From Alphaproteobacteria bacterium (lineage in GTDB: Bacteria; Pseudomonadota; Alphaproteobacteria; MED-G09), in assembly GCA_045565415.1 (NCBI GenBank), contig JBJLFK010000042.1, forward strand, positions 1 to 62,124: a DNA stretch of 62,124 bases, read 5' to 3'. Positions within the stretch are counted from its first letter, which is position 1. Every line of letters starts with the position of its first letter. Below are positions 1-9,559 of this stretch, piece by piece. Both the position numbers and the translations under genes were made by a program. The notes under the pieces were generated by a model, which did no database searches, was not told where the DNA came from, and saw only the letters and a program-made list of their open reading frames with translations.

Positions 1-455
1 AACTTTCCATTTTGATCACAATCAATCCATTTAATTTGAATCCCTTTTCTCTCTCTTAAAAAATGCCATGGAACAATATTTGCATGATGCTCCATTGTAG
101 TAATAATTATTTCATCACCTTGGGATAAATTCTCATCTGCATAAGAGCTAGCTACAAGGTTTACACTATCAGTTCCTCCTGAAGTAAAAATAATCTCATC
201 TGAAGATTTTGCATTTAGAAATTTTTGAACAATCTTTCTTGATTCTTCATATGCAGAAGTAGATAGAACAGATAATGTATGCAAACCCCTATGAACATTG
301 GAATAATCATTACTCTCAAATTGCTTAATACCTTCAAGGACTTCCATAGGTTTTTGCGAACTAGCAGCGTTATCAAGGTAGGTTAAAATATTACCTTGTA
401 TTTCTCTTGAAAGAATTGGAAAATCTCTTCTCGTTTTCTCTACATCAAAAGTCAT
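1..455 (-). CDS. sufS: Cysteine desulfurase SufS, N-terminal part (the gene runs off the left edge of the window)
   Basis: My own translation of the minus strand from the ATG at 455 gives MTFDVEKTRRDFPILSREIQGNILTYLDNAASSQKP...SGGTDSVNLVA...MEHHANIVPWHFL, a typical SufS/class-V aminotransferase N-terminus. Its start overlaps the sufD stop as ATGA, and it is the last gene of a sufBCDS string. It is absent from the ORF track because there is no stop inside the window. Confidence 0.85.
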   Translation of the reverse strand, partial: MTFDVEKTRRDFPILSREIQGNILTYLDNAASSQKPMEVLEGIKQFESNDYSNVHRGLHTLSVLSTSAYEESRKIVQKFLNAKSSDEIIFTSGGTDSVNLVASSYADENLSQGDEIIITTMEHHANIVPWHFLRERKGIQIKWIDCDQNGK

Positions 456-1582
456 TTATATTCCTCAGGCAAGAATTCTCTTAAAAAACCTTTTTCTCCT
501 AAATAAGAACTGATATGACCATCTAAAATTAGATTTATTGCATTTTTTCTTTCAAGTCCTCTTGCGCAAAGATAGAAAATCTCCTCTTCATTAAGGCTTC
601 CTATAGTCGCCCCATGCTTACAAATGACATCATCATTAAAAATTTTCATTTGGGGTTTTGCATTCATAACTGCATTATCGGATAGAAGAAACCCCTTACA
701 ATCTTGTTCAGCCTTGGATCCTAAAACAGAATTATGGATATCGATCATAGATTGAAAAGAACAAACTGAGTCTTTATCTAGTATTGCTCTTACACCTGAT
801 ACACTTTCACAATTAGATTTACTAAAAATATTATCTACAAGAATATCATCATTTGAATTTTCTGATGGTATTGAAATCGTTTTTGATGAACAACTAGATC
901 TTTCACCAATATGATTAGAAAATAATTGAAGCCTCGAAGATTTAATAGGCATTGATAAATTCTTCATATTAAAATTTGAATGATTTAAAAGAAAAACTAA
1001 ATTTGTTTCTACCAATAGCCCTTGTGAAGAATTAATACGCGATATTTCGAGCTCTGATCTATTTCCAATATTATATTCTACTAATAAATTTAAAAATCCA
1101 CTTGTAGATGAGTTCACATAATTTATTTTTGCTTTTATGTTATCTGCAATATTAATAATCAATCTGGGTAAAGAAATATTTTTCTCATTATAGTTAATTT
1201 TAATTATAATTGGCTCATTCTGATTATGCTTAACATCTAAAATCTTAATTTGATTTCCGCATGCAACATTTAAATCTACAACAGACTCACCTTTAAAGAA
1301 ATTGCATGGCTTTAAATAATCTTCGATAGATAAATTATTATCCGCATAATCATAAAAAAAATTATTTTCTTCAAGATTTTCAACAATTATTTCTGAATTT
1401 GAAATATCATTTTTAATATATTCTTTTGATTTGGAGACTAAATCGAAATACTTCCAACTTTCATTTCTTTTATTAGGCAAACCCTGATCAATAAAGTTAT
1501 CAAATATTTTTTCTCTCTGATCAGTATAATCATCAATATTATTTATATTTTCTCTAAATTTATGAAATTCAACTGATGACAT
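452..1582 (-). CDS. sufD: Fe-S cluster assembly protein SufD
   Basis: This is the track ORF 452..1615. I prefer the start at M12 (ATG 1582), one nt after the sufC stop. The C-terminal KHGATIGSLNEEEIFYLCARGL is SufB/SufD-family, and the gene sits between sufC and sufS. Confidence 0.85.
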   Translation of the reverse strand: MSSVEFHKFRENINNIDDYTDQREKIFDNFIDQGLPNKRNESWKYFDLVSKSKEYIKNDISNSEIIVENLEENNFFYDYADNNLSIEDYLKPCNFFKGESVVDLNVACGNQIKILDVKHNQNEPIIIKINYNEKNISLPRLIINIADNIKAKINYVNSSTSGFLNLLVEYNIGNRSELEISRINSSQGLLVETNLVFLLNHSNFNMKNLSMPIKSSRLQLFSNHIGERSSCSSKTISIPSENSNDDILVDNIFSKSNCESVSGVRAILDKDSVCSFQSMIDIHNSVLGSKAEQDCKGFLLSDNAVMNAKPQMKIFNDDVICKHGATIGSLNEEEIFYLCARGLERKNAINLILDGHISSYLGEKGFLREFLPEEYK

Positions 1583-1583
1583 T

Positions 1584-2333
1584 TTAATTAAAACTCTCAA
1601 ACCCATTATTTTCAATCTTTTCTGCTAAATCTGGTCCTCCAGACTCAACTATTCTACCATCAACTAATATATGAATTTTTGAAGGACTTAGTTTATCAAG
1701 TAGTTTTTTATAGTGAGTAATAACTAAGAATGAATTTTCTTCATTTTTCATTCCTACAATTCCGTCAGAAACAATATCTAAAGCATCAACATCAAGTCCG
1801 GAGTCAGTTTCATCTAAAATTGTTAAAACCGGATCTAATACTAAAAGCTGTAGAGTTTCATTCCTCTTTTTTTCACCTCCAGAAAATCCTACATTTAACT
1901 GTCTCTTTAATACTTCATCATTAATTCCAAGTATCGTAGCTTTTTCTCTAACATATTTTAGAAAGTCAGATGGACCTAATTTCTCTAAACCATTAGCCTT
2001 TCTATTTGCCTCATGAATTGTTTTTAAAAAGTTCATTAGAGTTACACCTGGAATTTCTACTGGATACTGAAAAGCCATAAATAGCCCTAGATTAGATATC
2101 TCATTTGGCTTTAGCTCTATAATATTTTCATTTTTAAAAATAATTTGCCCTGAAGTAACTTTATAATCTTCATTTCCAGACAAAACATTTGAAAGAACAG
2201 ACTTTCCTGATCCATTAGGGCCCATAATTGCATGTATTTCATTGAATGGAATAGATAAATTTAATCCTTTTAAAATTTCCTTTTCTCCTGCATTTACATG
2301 GAGATCATTTATTTCAAGTAAATTTCCGCTCAT
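1584..2333 (-). CDS. sufC: Fe-S cluster assembly ATPase SufC
   Basis: Walker A GPNGSGKS, signature FSGGEKKR and Walker [11 protein letters not shown] are present. The protein is 249 aa and the gene overlaps the sufB stop by 4 nt. Confidence 0.95.
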   Translation of the reverse strand: MSGNLLEINDLHVNAGEKEILKGLNLSIPFNEIHAIMGPNGSGKSVLSNVLSGNEDYKVTSGQIIFKNENIIELKPNEISNLGLFMAFQYPVEIPGVTLMNFLKTIHEANRKANGLEKLGPSDFLKYVREKATILGINDEVLKRQLNVGFSGGEKKRNETLQLLVLDPVLTILDETDSGLDVDALDIVSDGIVGMKNEENSFLVITHYKKLLDKLSPSKIHILVDGRIVESGGPDLAEKIENNGFESFN

Positions 2334-3778
2334 CCTACACTTCCCTCTAGACTAATCTCTAGAAGTTTTTGAGCCTCAACTGCAAATTCCATAGGTAATT
2401 TTTGTAAAACTTCTTTACAAAAACCATTAACAATCAATGCAATAGCCTCTTCTTCATCAAGACCTCTCTGAAGGCAATAAAATAATTGATCTTCAGATAT
2501 TTTGGATGATGTTGCTTCATGTTCAATGGTTGAAGTCTTATTCTTAGACTCTACATAAGGAATTGTTGTAGCTGAACAATTTCCGGTTAAAAGCAAAGAG
2601 TCACATTGTGTAAAATTTCTTGAATTCTCTGATTTAGGATGGATATTAACCTGCCCCCTGTATGTGTTTGAAGATGACCCAGATGAAACACCTTTGGAAA
2701 TAATTCTACTTTTCGTATTTTTCCCTAAATGAAGCATTTTAGTGCCACTATCAACCTGCTGATAATTATTAGATATCGCAATTGAATGAAATTCTCCTGA
2801 AGAGTTATCACCTTTTAGTACGCAACTAGGGTATTTCCATGTTATTGCTGATCCAGTTTCAACTTGTGTCCATGAAATTTTCGAATTATCACCTCTGCAA
2901 TCACCTCTTTTAGTAACAAAATTATATACACCGCCCTTACCATTTTCATCGCCAGGGTACCAATTTTGTACTGTAGAGTATTTTATCTCAGCCCCTTTTA
3001 GAGCTACCAATTCAACTACCGCGGCATGAAGTTGGTGTTCATCTCTCATTGGAGCCGTACAACCCTCAAGGTAGCTCACATATGAGTCTTCATCAGCAAT
3101 TAGTAGCGTCCTCTCAAATTGACCTGTACCAGCTGCATTTATTCTAAAATAAGTAGATAATTCCATTGGGCATGTTACGCCAGGGGGAATATAAACAAAG
3201 CTTCCATCTGAAAATACAGCAGAATTTAATGTTGCAAAAAAATTATCTGAGTTTGGCACTACTGTTCCTAGATATTTTTTGATTATTTCAGGATGCTCTT
3301 TAACAGCTTCAGAAAAAGAACAAAATATTACGCCATCCTCTTTTAATTTTTCTTTAAAAGTTGTTCCAAGAGATACACTATCAAATACTGCATCTACAGC
3401 AACACCTGCTAACCATTCTTGTTCCTTAAGAGGTATACCTAATTTGTTGTATGTTTCTATAAGCTTAGGATCAACTTCATCTAAGCTTTTTAGTTTTTCA
3501 GTCTCTTTAGGAGCAGAAAAATAGTATGTGTCTTGGTAATCAATTTTTGGGTATCTAAGGCTTGACCAATTTGGCTCTTTCATTTTCAGCCATCTCTTAT
3601 ATGAGTCTAATCGCCAATCGAGTAGCCATTTGGGTTCTTCTTTTTTATCTGAAATAAACCTTATTACATCTTCATTTAATCCTTTTGGTGCAAAAACAGA
3701 CTCAATTTCAGTCTCAAAACCAAATTCATATGGATTATTAAAGTCTTCTTCGTTCGGCTTATTTATTTTTTTATTCAA
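2330..3778 (-). CDS. sufB: Fe-S cluster assembly scaffold SufB
   Basis: The 482-aa ORF has typical SufB sequence throughout (e.g. ...[21 protein letters not shown]..., [21 protein letters not shown]). It is the first structural gene of the suf string. Confidence 0.95.
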   Translation of the reverse strand: MNKKINKPNEEDFNNPYEFGFETEIESVFAPKGLNEDVIRFISDKKEEPKWLLDWRLDSYKRWLKMKEPNWSSLRYPKIDYQDTYYFSAPKETEKLKSLDEVDPKLIETYNKLGIPLKEQEWLAGVAVDAVFDSVSLGTTFKEKLKEDGVIFCSFSEAVKEHPEIIKKYLGTVVPNSDNFFATLNSAVFSDGSFVYIPPGVTCPMELSTYFRINAAGTGQFERTLLIADEDSYVSYLEGCTAPMRDEHQLHAAVVELVALKGAEIKYSTVQNWYPGDENGKGGVYNFVTKRGDCRGDNSKISWTQVETGSAITWKYPSCVLKGDNSSGEFHSIAISNNYQQVDSGTKMLHLGKNTKSRIISKGVSSGSSSNTYRGQVNIHPKSENSRNFTQCDSLLLTGNCSATTIPYVESKNKTSTIEHEATSSKISEDQLFYCLQRGLDEEEAIALIVNGFCKEVLQKLPMEFAVEAQKLLEISLEGSVG

Positions 3779-3830
3779 TTTTTATCCTTTTATATTTTCT
3801 ATATGGTTAATCTATTTAAATAACCAATAA

Positions 3831-4298
3831 TCAATTTATAGTCATTTTGTCGCAATCTTGCGTTAAAATTGGCGCTCTAGATCTACCCAGAATATTGCCT
3901 TCTAGAATATCTCTTAATGAAATATGACTTAAAAAAAGATTTATTTGTTTACCTAATTCGTCCCATAAATCATGATTTAAACATTTTCCAGAAATACCCG
4001 TACATGATATATGCTTCTGAGAACAGCCTTTAGCTTCAATTTTACCTTCTATTGCATTTATAACATCACTCATAATGATATCTTCAACTTTCAAAGCAAG
4101 TTTATATCCTCCATTAGGACCCCTAACAGCCTTAACAAATCCATTTCTTTTTAAATTTGATAAAATCTGCTCTAAATAAGTTGAAGAAATATTCTGTGAT
4201 TTTGCAATTTCAGAAATTTTGATTAAACCCTTATTATGTGAAAGCGCTATTTCAGTTAAAGCAAGTACAGCATATCTGCCTTTTGTTGTTAATTTCAT
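3831..4298 (-). CDS. Rrf2-family transcriptional regulator, IscR-like, heading the suf operon
   Basis: The N-terminal winged helix MKLTTKGRYAVLALTEIA...ISEIAKSQNISSTYLEQILSNLKRNGFVKAVRGPNGGYKL is Rrf2-family. A Cys-x6-Cys-x6-Cys-x2-His ligand pattern (GCSQKHISCTGISGKCLNH) is present. The gene lies 52 nt upstream of sufB on the same strand. Confidence 0.85.
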   Translation of the reverse strand: MKLTTKGRYAVLALTEIALSHNKGLIKISEIAKSQNISSTYLEQILSNLKRNGFVKAVRGPNGGYKLALKVEDIIMSDVINAIEGKIEAKGCSQKHISCTGISGKCLNHDLWDELGKQINLFLSHISLRDILEGNILGRSRAPILTQDCDKMTIN

Positions 4299-4369
4299 TA
4301 ATCTCTCATAATATAAATTGTTACAAATTTTCTACAGTTGTGTTAGAAACATATAGAATTTAATGTGGA

Positions 4370-4399
4370 TTTATAATTCTTGACTAGTTTTGTCAAGAA
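4370..4399 (-). promoter_or_regulatory. Candidate sigma70-type promoter of the Rrf2-suf operon, overlapped by a perfect 8-bp inverted repeat (candidate IscR-type operator)
   Basis: TTCTTGAC-N7-GTCAAGAA lies at 4377-4399. On the minus strand there is a TTGACA (4396-4391), a 15-nt spacer and TATAAA (4375-4370), 72-98 nt upstream of the regulator's ATG. Confidence 0.45.
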
Positions 4400-4453
4400 A
4401 TACTTCAATTTATAAATTTTTTAACATTAATACTTTCGAGTAAGGTTTAATAT

Positions 4454-5104
4454 ATGCCAGAAATTATTTACAGCGGACCTGATGGAAGATTAGAAGGCAG
4501 GATGAATGTTGTAGAAAACAAAAGATCTCCTGTTGCTATCATATTACATCCGCTTCCACAATTTGGTGGAAACATGAATAATCCAATCATCTTTAATTTG
4601 TATCATACATTTATAAAAAAAGGGTTTTCAGTTTTAAGGTTTAATTTTAGAGGAGTTGGCAAGAGCCAAGGAGAATTTGATCAAGGTATAGGGGAATTAT
4701 CAGATGCTGCTGCTTCACTTGATTGGATACAATCTCAAGTTTCAGACTCAAAAGGTTGTTGGGTTGCGGGTTATTCTTTTGGAGCTTGGATAGCAATGCA
4801 ATTATTAATGAGAAGACCAGAAATAGAAGGATTTATATCTATATCACCTCCAGCAAATATGTATGATTTTAATTTCTTAGCCCCATGCCCATCCTCAGGT
4901 ATTATTTTACATGGCGAAGAAGATAAAGTTGTGCCTAAAGATGATATTTTAAGATTAGTTGAAAAGCTTCAAACTCAAAGAAATATTAATATAGATTATA
5001 AAAATATTGCAGGTGCAAATCACTTTTTTGAAAACAAAACAGAAAAACTTATAAATGAAGTCAGTAAATATCTTGACACCCGTCTAATCGGACCAGACTT
5101 TTAA
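4454..5104 (+). CDS. Alpha/beta-fold hydrolase (COG2945-like), function unknown
   Basis: The 216-aa ORF has a G-x-S-x-G nucleophile elbow (AGYSFGAW) and the general alpha/beta hydrolase layout. The assignment rests on resemblance only. Confidence 0.6.
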   Translation: MPEIIYSGPDGRLEGRMNVVENKRSPVAIILHPLPQFGGNMNNPIIFNLYHTFIKKGFSVLRFNFRGVGKSQGEFDQGIGELSDAAASLDWIQSQVSDSKGCWVAGYSFGAWIAMQLLMRRPEIEGFISISPPANMYDFNFLAPCPSSGIILHGEEDKVVPKDDILRLVEKLQTQRNINIDYKNIAGANHFFENKTEKLINEVSKYLDTRLIGPDF

Positions 5105-5127
5105 GATAATAAATACAAGAAGAACAA

Positions 5128-6348
5128 ATGAGTAATTATAAATCTGATTTTTTAAAACACATAAATGAAAGAGGCTTCATTTATCAGATTAGTGACTCAG
5201 ATAGATTGGATCAAATTTTTTCAAAAGATAAAATCACAGCCTATATAGGTTTTGACTGCACTGCGCCAAATCTTCACATTGGCTCTTTAATGCAAATACT
5301 TTTGTTAAAAAAATTACAGGACTTTGGCCATACTCCCATTGTACTTATTGGTGGTGCAACAAGTAAAATAGGCGATCCTTCACTAAAAGATAAATCTCGA
5401 AAAATGCTATCTTATGAAGATATTAATAATAATATTAAAGGTATAAAAAAAGTTTTTGAAAAGTTTTTAGATATCAATAAAATTAAAATTATTGATAATA
5501 GTGAATGGCTTGAAAAATTAAACTATATTGATTTTCTTCGAGAAATTGGGAGTCATTTTTCTGTCAATAGAATGCTTTCTTTTGACTCTGTTAAGCTGCG
5601 ACTTGAAAGAGAACAAAACTTATCTTTTTTAGAATTTAATTACATGATACTCCAAGGTTATGATTTTTATAAACTTAATATAGACTACAATTGTAATCTT
5701 CAAATGGGAGGGTCTGATCAATGGGGAAATATAATTTGCGGTATAGACTTATCCAGAAGATTAGCCGGTAAAGAATTATATGGATTAACAACTCCATTAT
5801 TAACTACCTCATCTGGTCAAAAAATGGGTAAAACAGAAGATGGGGCAATTTGGCTTAATTTTATCTCTGACAAGGATAACTATTCAACACATCCAAGAGA
5901 TTTTTGGAATTACTGGAGAGATAAGACAGAAAATAATGATGTTGGAAAATTTCTTAAATTGTTTACTGATATGCCTTTGAATGAAATCGATGAGATAGAG
6001 AAACTAGAAAATGAGGACATCGAAAAAGGGAAAGAATTATTAGCAACCAAAATTACGGAACTTGTTCACGGGAAAGACTCTGATTGGAAAAGTAAGAAAA
6101 CTATTATCTTAAAAAAAGAAGATTTTGAGAACGGCTATGGTTTGCTAAGTCTACTTTCTAATAATGATTTAGGATTAGCAAAATCAAATAGCGAGGCTAG
6201 AAGATTTATTCAATCAAAAGCTGTAAAATTAAATGGCGAATTAATCGATGATGAGAAATATACTTTAACATTAGGTAGCTTTAAAAAATCAAAAGAAATA
6301 GAAATCTCTCTTGGAAAAAAGAAAAAAATAATTATTGGAATAGATTAA
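5128..6348 (+). CDS. tyrS: Tyrosine--tRNA ligase
   Basis: It carries the class I HIGH-type motif (PNLHIGSL) and a KMSKS-type motif (QKMGKT). The C-terminal S4-like domain reads SNSEARRFIQSKAVKLNGE. Length is 406 aa. Confidence 0.93.
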   Translation: MSNYKSDFLKHINERGFIYQISDSDRLDQIFSKDKITAYIGFDCTAPNLHIGSLMQILLLKKLQDFGHTPIVLIGGATSKIGDPSLKDKSRKMLSYEDINNNIKGIKKVFEKFLDINKIKIIDNSEWLEKLNYIDFLREIGSHFSVNRMLSFDSVKLRLEREQNLSFLEFNYMILQGYDFYKLNIDYNCNLQMGGSDQWGNIICGIDLSRRLAGKELYGLTTPLLTTSSGQKMGKTEDGAIWLNFISDKDNYSTHPRDFWNYWRDKTENNDVGKFLKLFTDMPLNEIDEIEKLENEDIEKGKELLATKITELVHGKDSDWKSKKTIILKKEDFENGYGLLSLLSNNDLGLAKSNSEARRFIQSKAVKLNGELIDDEKYTLTLGSFKKSKEIEISLGKKKKIIIGID

Positions 6349-7958
6349 TCAAATACTCTTTGTAAAAATCCAGGCGTTAAAACAGATAGAGGATTAGTTT
6401 CAATTATAACTTTACCTCCATCTTCGTTATAAATCCTAAATTTTATTCCTATTAATCCTTCTCCATCTTTACTTCCTGAAAATAATTCTCCCAAAATTGG
6501 GACATTAGAAGGTAAATTGTTTAACCATGATACTGGTACAACTGTTCCATTAAATTCAATTTCATTTATACCGAAAATATACATACCAGCTAGTGATAAC
6601 CCTAAGCTATTACCTACTACAGGAAGATTGCTTTCAGGCTTTAAGATTCCATCAATGATATTTATACCTTTATTTGAAAGCTGAACATTAAAAATCGAGC
6701 TAGCAAAGGTAATGTCTCTACCGCCATCGCTAATATTACTTAAACCAGGTATTGAAACATCTAGAATTTGAGCAAAAATTGGTAATTCAAGAATTTTAAG
6801 GCTTTTTGTTTCTATTGTTCCTTTGAAAAAACTAGCTTCATCAATATTGTAATCAAGAATTAGGGTTGATGAGTCACTTATTATACTTGGGTTTTTTTCT
6901 TTATTATAAATTGTTATCTCTTCAACATTTAAGTTTATATTTGTTTTAGTTTCGGAAAACTTAATAGAGTTCTTTAGAGGAAAATCAAATTGAAGCATCA
7001 GATTGCTCTCCCCAGATAAATTATTCCTGTCTAATTTTACTAATTTTGAAATATAATTATGTTTACTAAGCAAATTAAAGAAATTTCCCACATTAGAAGA
7101 GGCATCAATTATAATTTGACCGGGACCATGCCTTTTTTTAATATCAAATGCATTAAACTTACCATTGTTAATATAAATCCTTGACCCTTCCTCTAAATCA
7201 ATAAGACCATCCAATAAATTTATATTAAACATTTGGAAATCTAAATGAGCTTTCCCAAGAGTATCGGTCATGGGAGGCATATTCTTTAAGTAATGAACTT
7301 CAATATCATTGAAATCAAAATCTAAATTTAAGACTGGATCAAATAATAATCTTCCATCTTTTTTGAAAACAAATTTAGAATTAAATTCTAAATCAGATAT
7401 TATTCCGTTAAATAAAGATCTATTTGTCCATGCCCTTGCGCCTTTACCTAGATTTTCAGGCCATAAAGCTTTGATAAAACTTAATGGTAAATCTTTTGCA
7501 GAACCTTTTATTTCTAATACATCAGAAGTTTTTAAGCTATTTAAACTGCCATGAAAATTAAAATGACTAATTCGGTTATCTTCTTTTTGTACATTAGAAG
7601 ATAATTTAAAACCCAACACATTTTTTTCAAGGCTATTTAACAATACTTTTATTCTTATTTCACTATCTAGAAACAAAGACCATTCAATAACATTAAGTTT
7701 ATTTTTTAATCTACTATTAACAGTAAAAATAAGATCATTATTATTTTTATCAAATTTAAGATTAATATCATTATTAACAAAATCTATTCTTGTTAAATAT
7801 TTATCATCAAAATTTGATTTAATAATAGGGTCTAATAATTTTAAATTTAAAGTTCCAAATTGAAGAAAAAGTAGTAAATAAATAAAACTAAAGATAGAGA
7901 AACTAAATATTTTAGAAATTATTGATAAAAGATATTTTATTGTTTTATTCATTAACAC
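6345..7958 (-). CDS. Membrane-anchored envelope protein, AsmA/YhdP-like (DUF3971-like), function unknown
   Basis: The 537-aa ORF has an N-terminal hydrophobic anchor (LLSIISKIFSFSIFSFIYLLLFL). The C-terminus ...NPLSVLTPGFLQRVFD resembles AsmA-like proteins. I recognise no catalytic motif. The track start is GTG 7958; an ATG alternative is at 7952. Confidence 0.5.
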   Translation of the reverse strand: MLMNKTIKYLLSIISKIFSFSIFSFIYLLLFLQFGTLNLKLLDPIIKSNFDDKYLTRIDFVNNDINLKFDKNNNDLIFTVNSRLKNKLNVIEWSLFLDSEIRIKVLLNSLEKNVLGFKLSSNVQKEDNRISHFNFHGSLNSLKTSDVLEIKGSAKDLPLSFIKALWPENLGKGARAWTNRSLFNGIISDLEFNSKFVFKKDGRLLFDPVLNLDFDFNDIEVHYLKNMPPMTDTLGKAHLDFQMFNINLLDGLIDLEEGSRIYINNGKFNAFDIKKRHGPGQIIIDASSNVGNFFNLLSKHNYISKLVKLDRNNLSGESNLMLQFDFPLKNSIKFSETKTNINLNVEEITIYNKEKNPSIISDSSTLILDYNIDEASFFKGTIETKSLKILELPIFAQILDVSIPGLSNISDGGRDITFASSIFNVQLSNKGINIIDGILKPESNLPVVGNSLGLSLAGMYIFGINEIEFNGTVVPVSWLNNLPSNVPILGELFSGSKDGEGLIGIKFRIYNEDGGKVIIETNPLSVLTPGFLQRVFD

Positions 7959-7977
7959 TCATTTATAAGGAAAAAAA

Positions 7978-8448
7978 ATGAAAAAAAAATGTAAAATTGG
8001 AGATAAGGTTCCTAAATTCAAAATACCTTTATCAAATGGGAATTCACTTGATAGTAAAGATATAAAGGATAAAAAATATATTTTATATTTTTATCCCAAG
8101 GATAATACTCCTGGATGTACAACTGAAGCAAAAGATTTTAGTAGCAAAATTACAGAATTTAAAAAATTAAACACTCAGGTTATTGGAATTTCTAAAGATA
8201 ATGTAGAAACTCATAATAAATTTATTAATAAACAAGAACTGAAGATACTTTTGGCATCAGATGAGAGTGGCAAAGTTCTTGAAAAATTTGGTGTTTGGGT
8301 TGAAAAAAATATGTATGGAAGAAAATATATGGGCATTCAGCGTTCAACTTTTCTAATAAATGAGAAATCGAAAATTGAATACATATGGGAAAAAGTAAAA
8401 GTAAAAGGTCATGTTGAAGATGTAATTAATAAAATTAAGTCTTCCTAA
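7978..8448 (+). CDS. bcp: Thiol peroxidase / peroxiredoxin Bcp
   Basis: It has the peroxiredoxin active-site context [15 protein letters not shown]. The 156-aa length is typical of Bcp. Confidence 0.88.
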   Translation: MKKKCKIGDKVPKFKIPLSNGNSLDSKDIKDKKYILYFYPKDNTPGCTTEAKDFSSKITEFKKLNTQVIGISKDNVETHNKFINKQELKILLASDESGKVLEKFGVWVEKNMYGRKYMGIQRSTFLINEKSKIEYIWEKVKVKGHVEDVINKIKSS

Positions 8449-9550
8449 CTAATTTTGTTTGAAAGAGCACTTGCTAAGAACTTGTCAATTCTTCCGTCCA
8501 AAACTGCTTGAATATTTCCATCTTCAACATTTGTTCTTAAATCTTTAACCATCTGATATGGCTGCAACACATAAGATCTAATTTGGTGTCCCCAACCTAT
8601 TTCAGATTTGGTGTCAAGAATTTCTTGAGCTTTCTCTTCCTTCTTTTGAAGCTCCAATTCATAAAGCCTTGCTCTAAGCATAGATAAGGCGGTACTTTTA
8701 TTCTTATGTTGAGATCTCTGGGATTGACATTGGACAACTATGTTTGTTGGAACATGTGTTATTCTAACAGCACTATCGGTCGTATTAACATGTTGACCTC
8801 CTGGACCAGATGATCTGTAGGTGTCCTATTCTGCAATCTGACTCCTGAAAATCTACTTCGATATTATCATCAATCTCAGGATAAACCCATACACTTGCAA
8901 AACTTGTATGCCTTCTTTTTTGTGAGTCAAATGGAGAAATACGAACCAATCTATGAATCCCTGACTCAGTTTTTAACCACCCGTAAGCGTTTTTACCAAT
9001 TACTTTAAGCGTTGCACTCTTAATACCGGCCTCATCACCAGCGCTGAATTCAATAAGTTCAATTTTATATCCTCTGCTTTCCCCCCATTTCGAATACATC
9101 CTTAATAACATTTGCGCCCAATCCTGACTTTCTGTCCCTCCCGCACCAGGATGAAACTCTAAGTAAGCCGAATTGGAGTCAGCCTCACCAGAAAGCATTG
9201 ACTCCATTAAAGCAAGTTCAGCGTGTTCAGATAACTTAGTTAAAGATACTAAAATTTCTTCTTCAAGCTCCTCAGATGATTGACTCTCATTGCTATATAA
9301 ATCTATTAATTCTGAAATTTCATCCAGTTCATTTTCTATCTCTGAATAAACATTCAAAGAATTCTCTAAATTTGATCTTTCTTGCATTATTGATTGGGCT
9401 TCTTTTTGGTCGTTCCAAATATCCCCAATTTCAATTAAATTATTGAGTTTTTCCAATCTATTTTTTGAAGAATCCCAGTCAAAGATACCCCCTTAATAAA
9501 TTTAAACTATTCTCTATGCTTTCTTTATATTTTAAAAAATCATTTCGCAT
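8445..9550 (-). pseudogene. prfB: Peptide chain release factor 2, with the canonical programmed +1 frameshift plus one additional unexpected single-base frame break (possibly an indel error)
   Basis: Segment 1 (9550->9482) reads MRNDFLKYKESIENSLNLLRGYL, then TGA. After a +1 shift at CTT TGA C, segment 2 (9480->8827) reads DWDSSKNRLEKLNN...SPFDSQKRRHTSFASV...ESDCRI. Segment 3 is again +1 (8825->8448) and reads [24 protein letters not shown]...[15 protein letters not shown]...; the stop is at 8445-8447. The three segments sum to 367 codons, the normal RF2 size. Confidence 0.9.
9478..9493 (-). promoter_or_regulatory. prfB programmed +1 ribosomal frameshift signal
   Basis: The coding strand reads AGG GGG TAT CTT TGA C. 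This is an internal Shine-Dalgarno-like AGGGGG, a 3-nt spacer, the slippery CTT and an in-frame TGA followed by C, identical in form to the E. coli prfB site. Confidence 0.9.
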
Positions 9551-9559
9551 ATTTTCATC

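Noticed and set aside
8445-9550. The idea that the broken prfB reflects loss of RF2 after TGA reassignment, as in some reduced genomes.
   Set aside because: TGA terminates several well-aligned genes here (sufD, pdxA, rsmA, the DsbA-like gene). The prfB autoregulatory site itself still uses TGA, and the gene shows no other decay.
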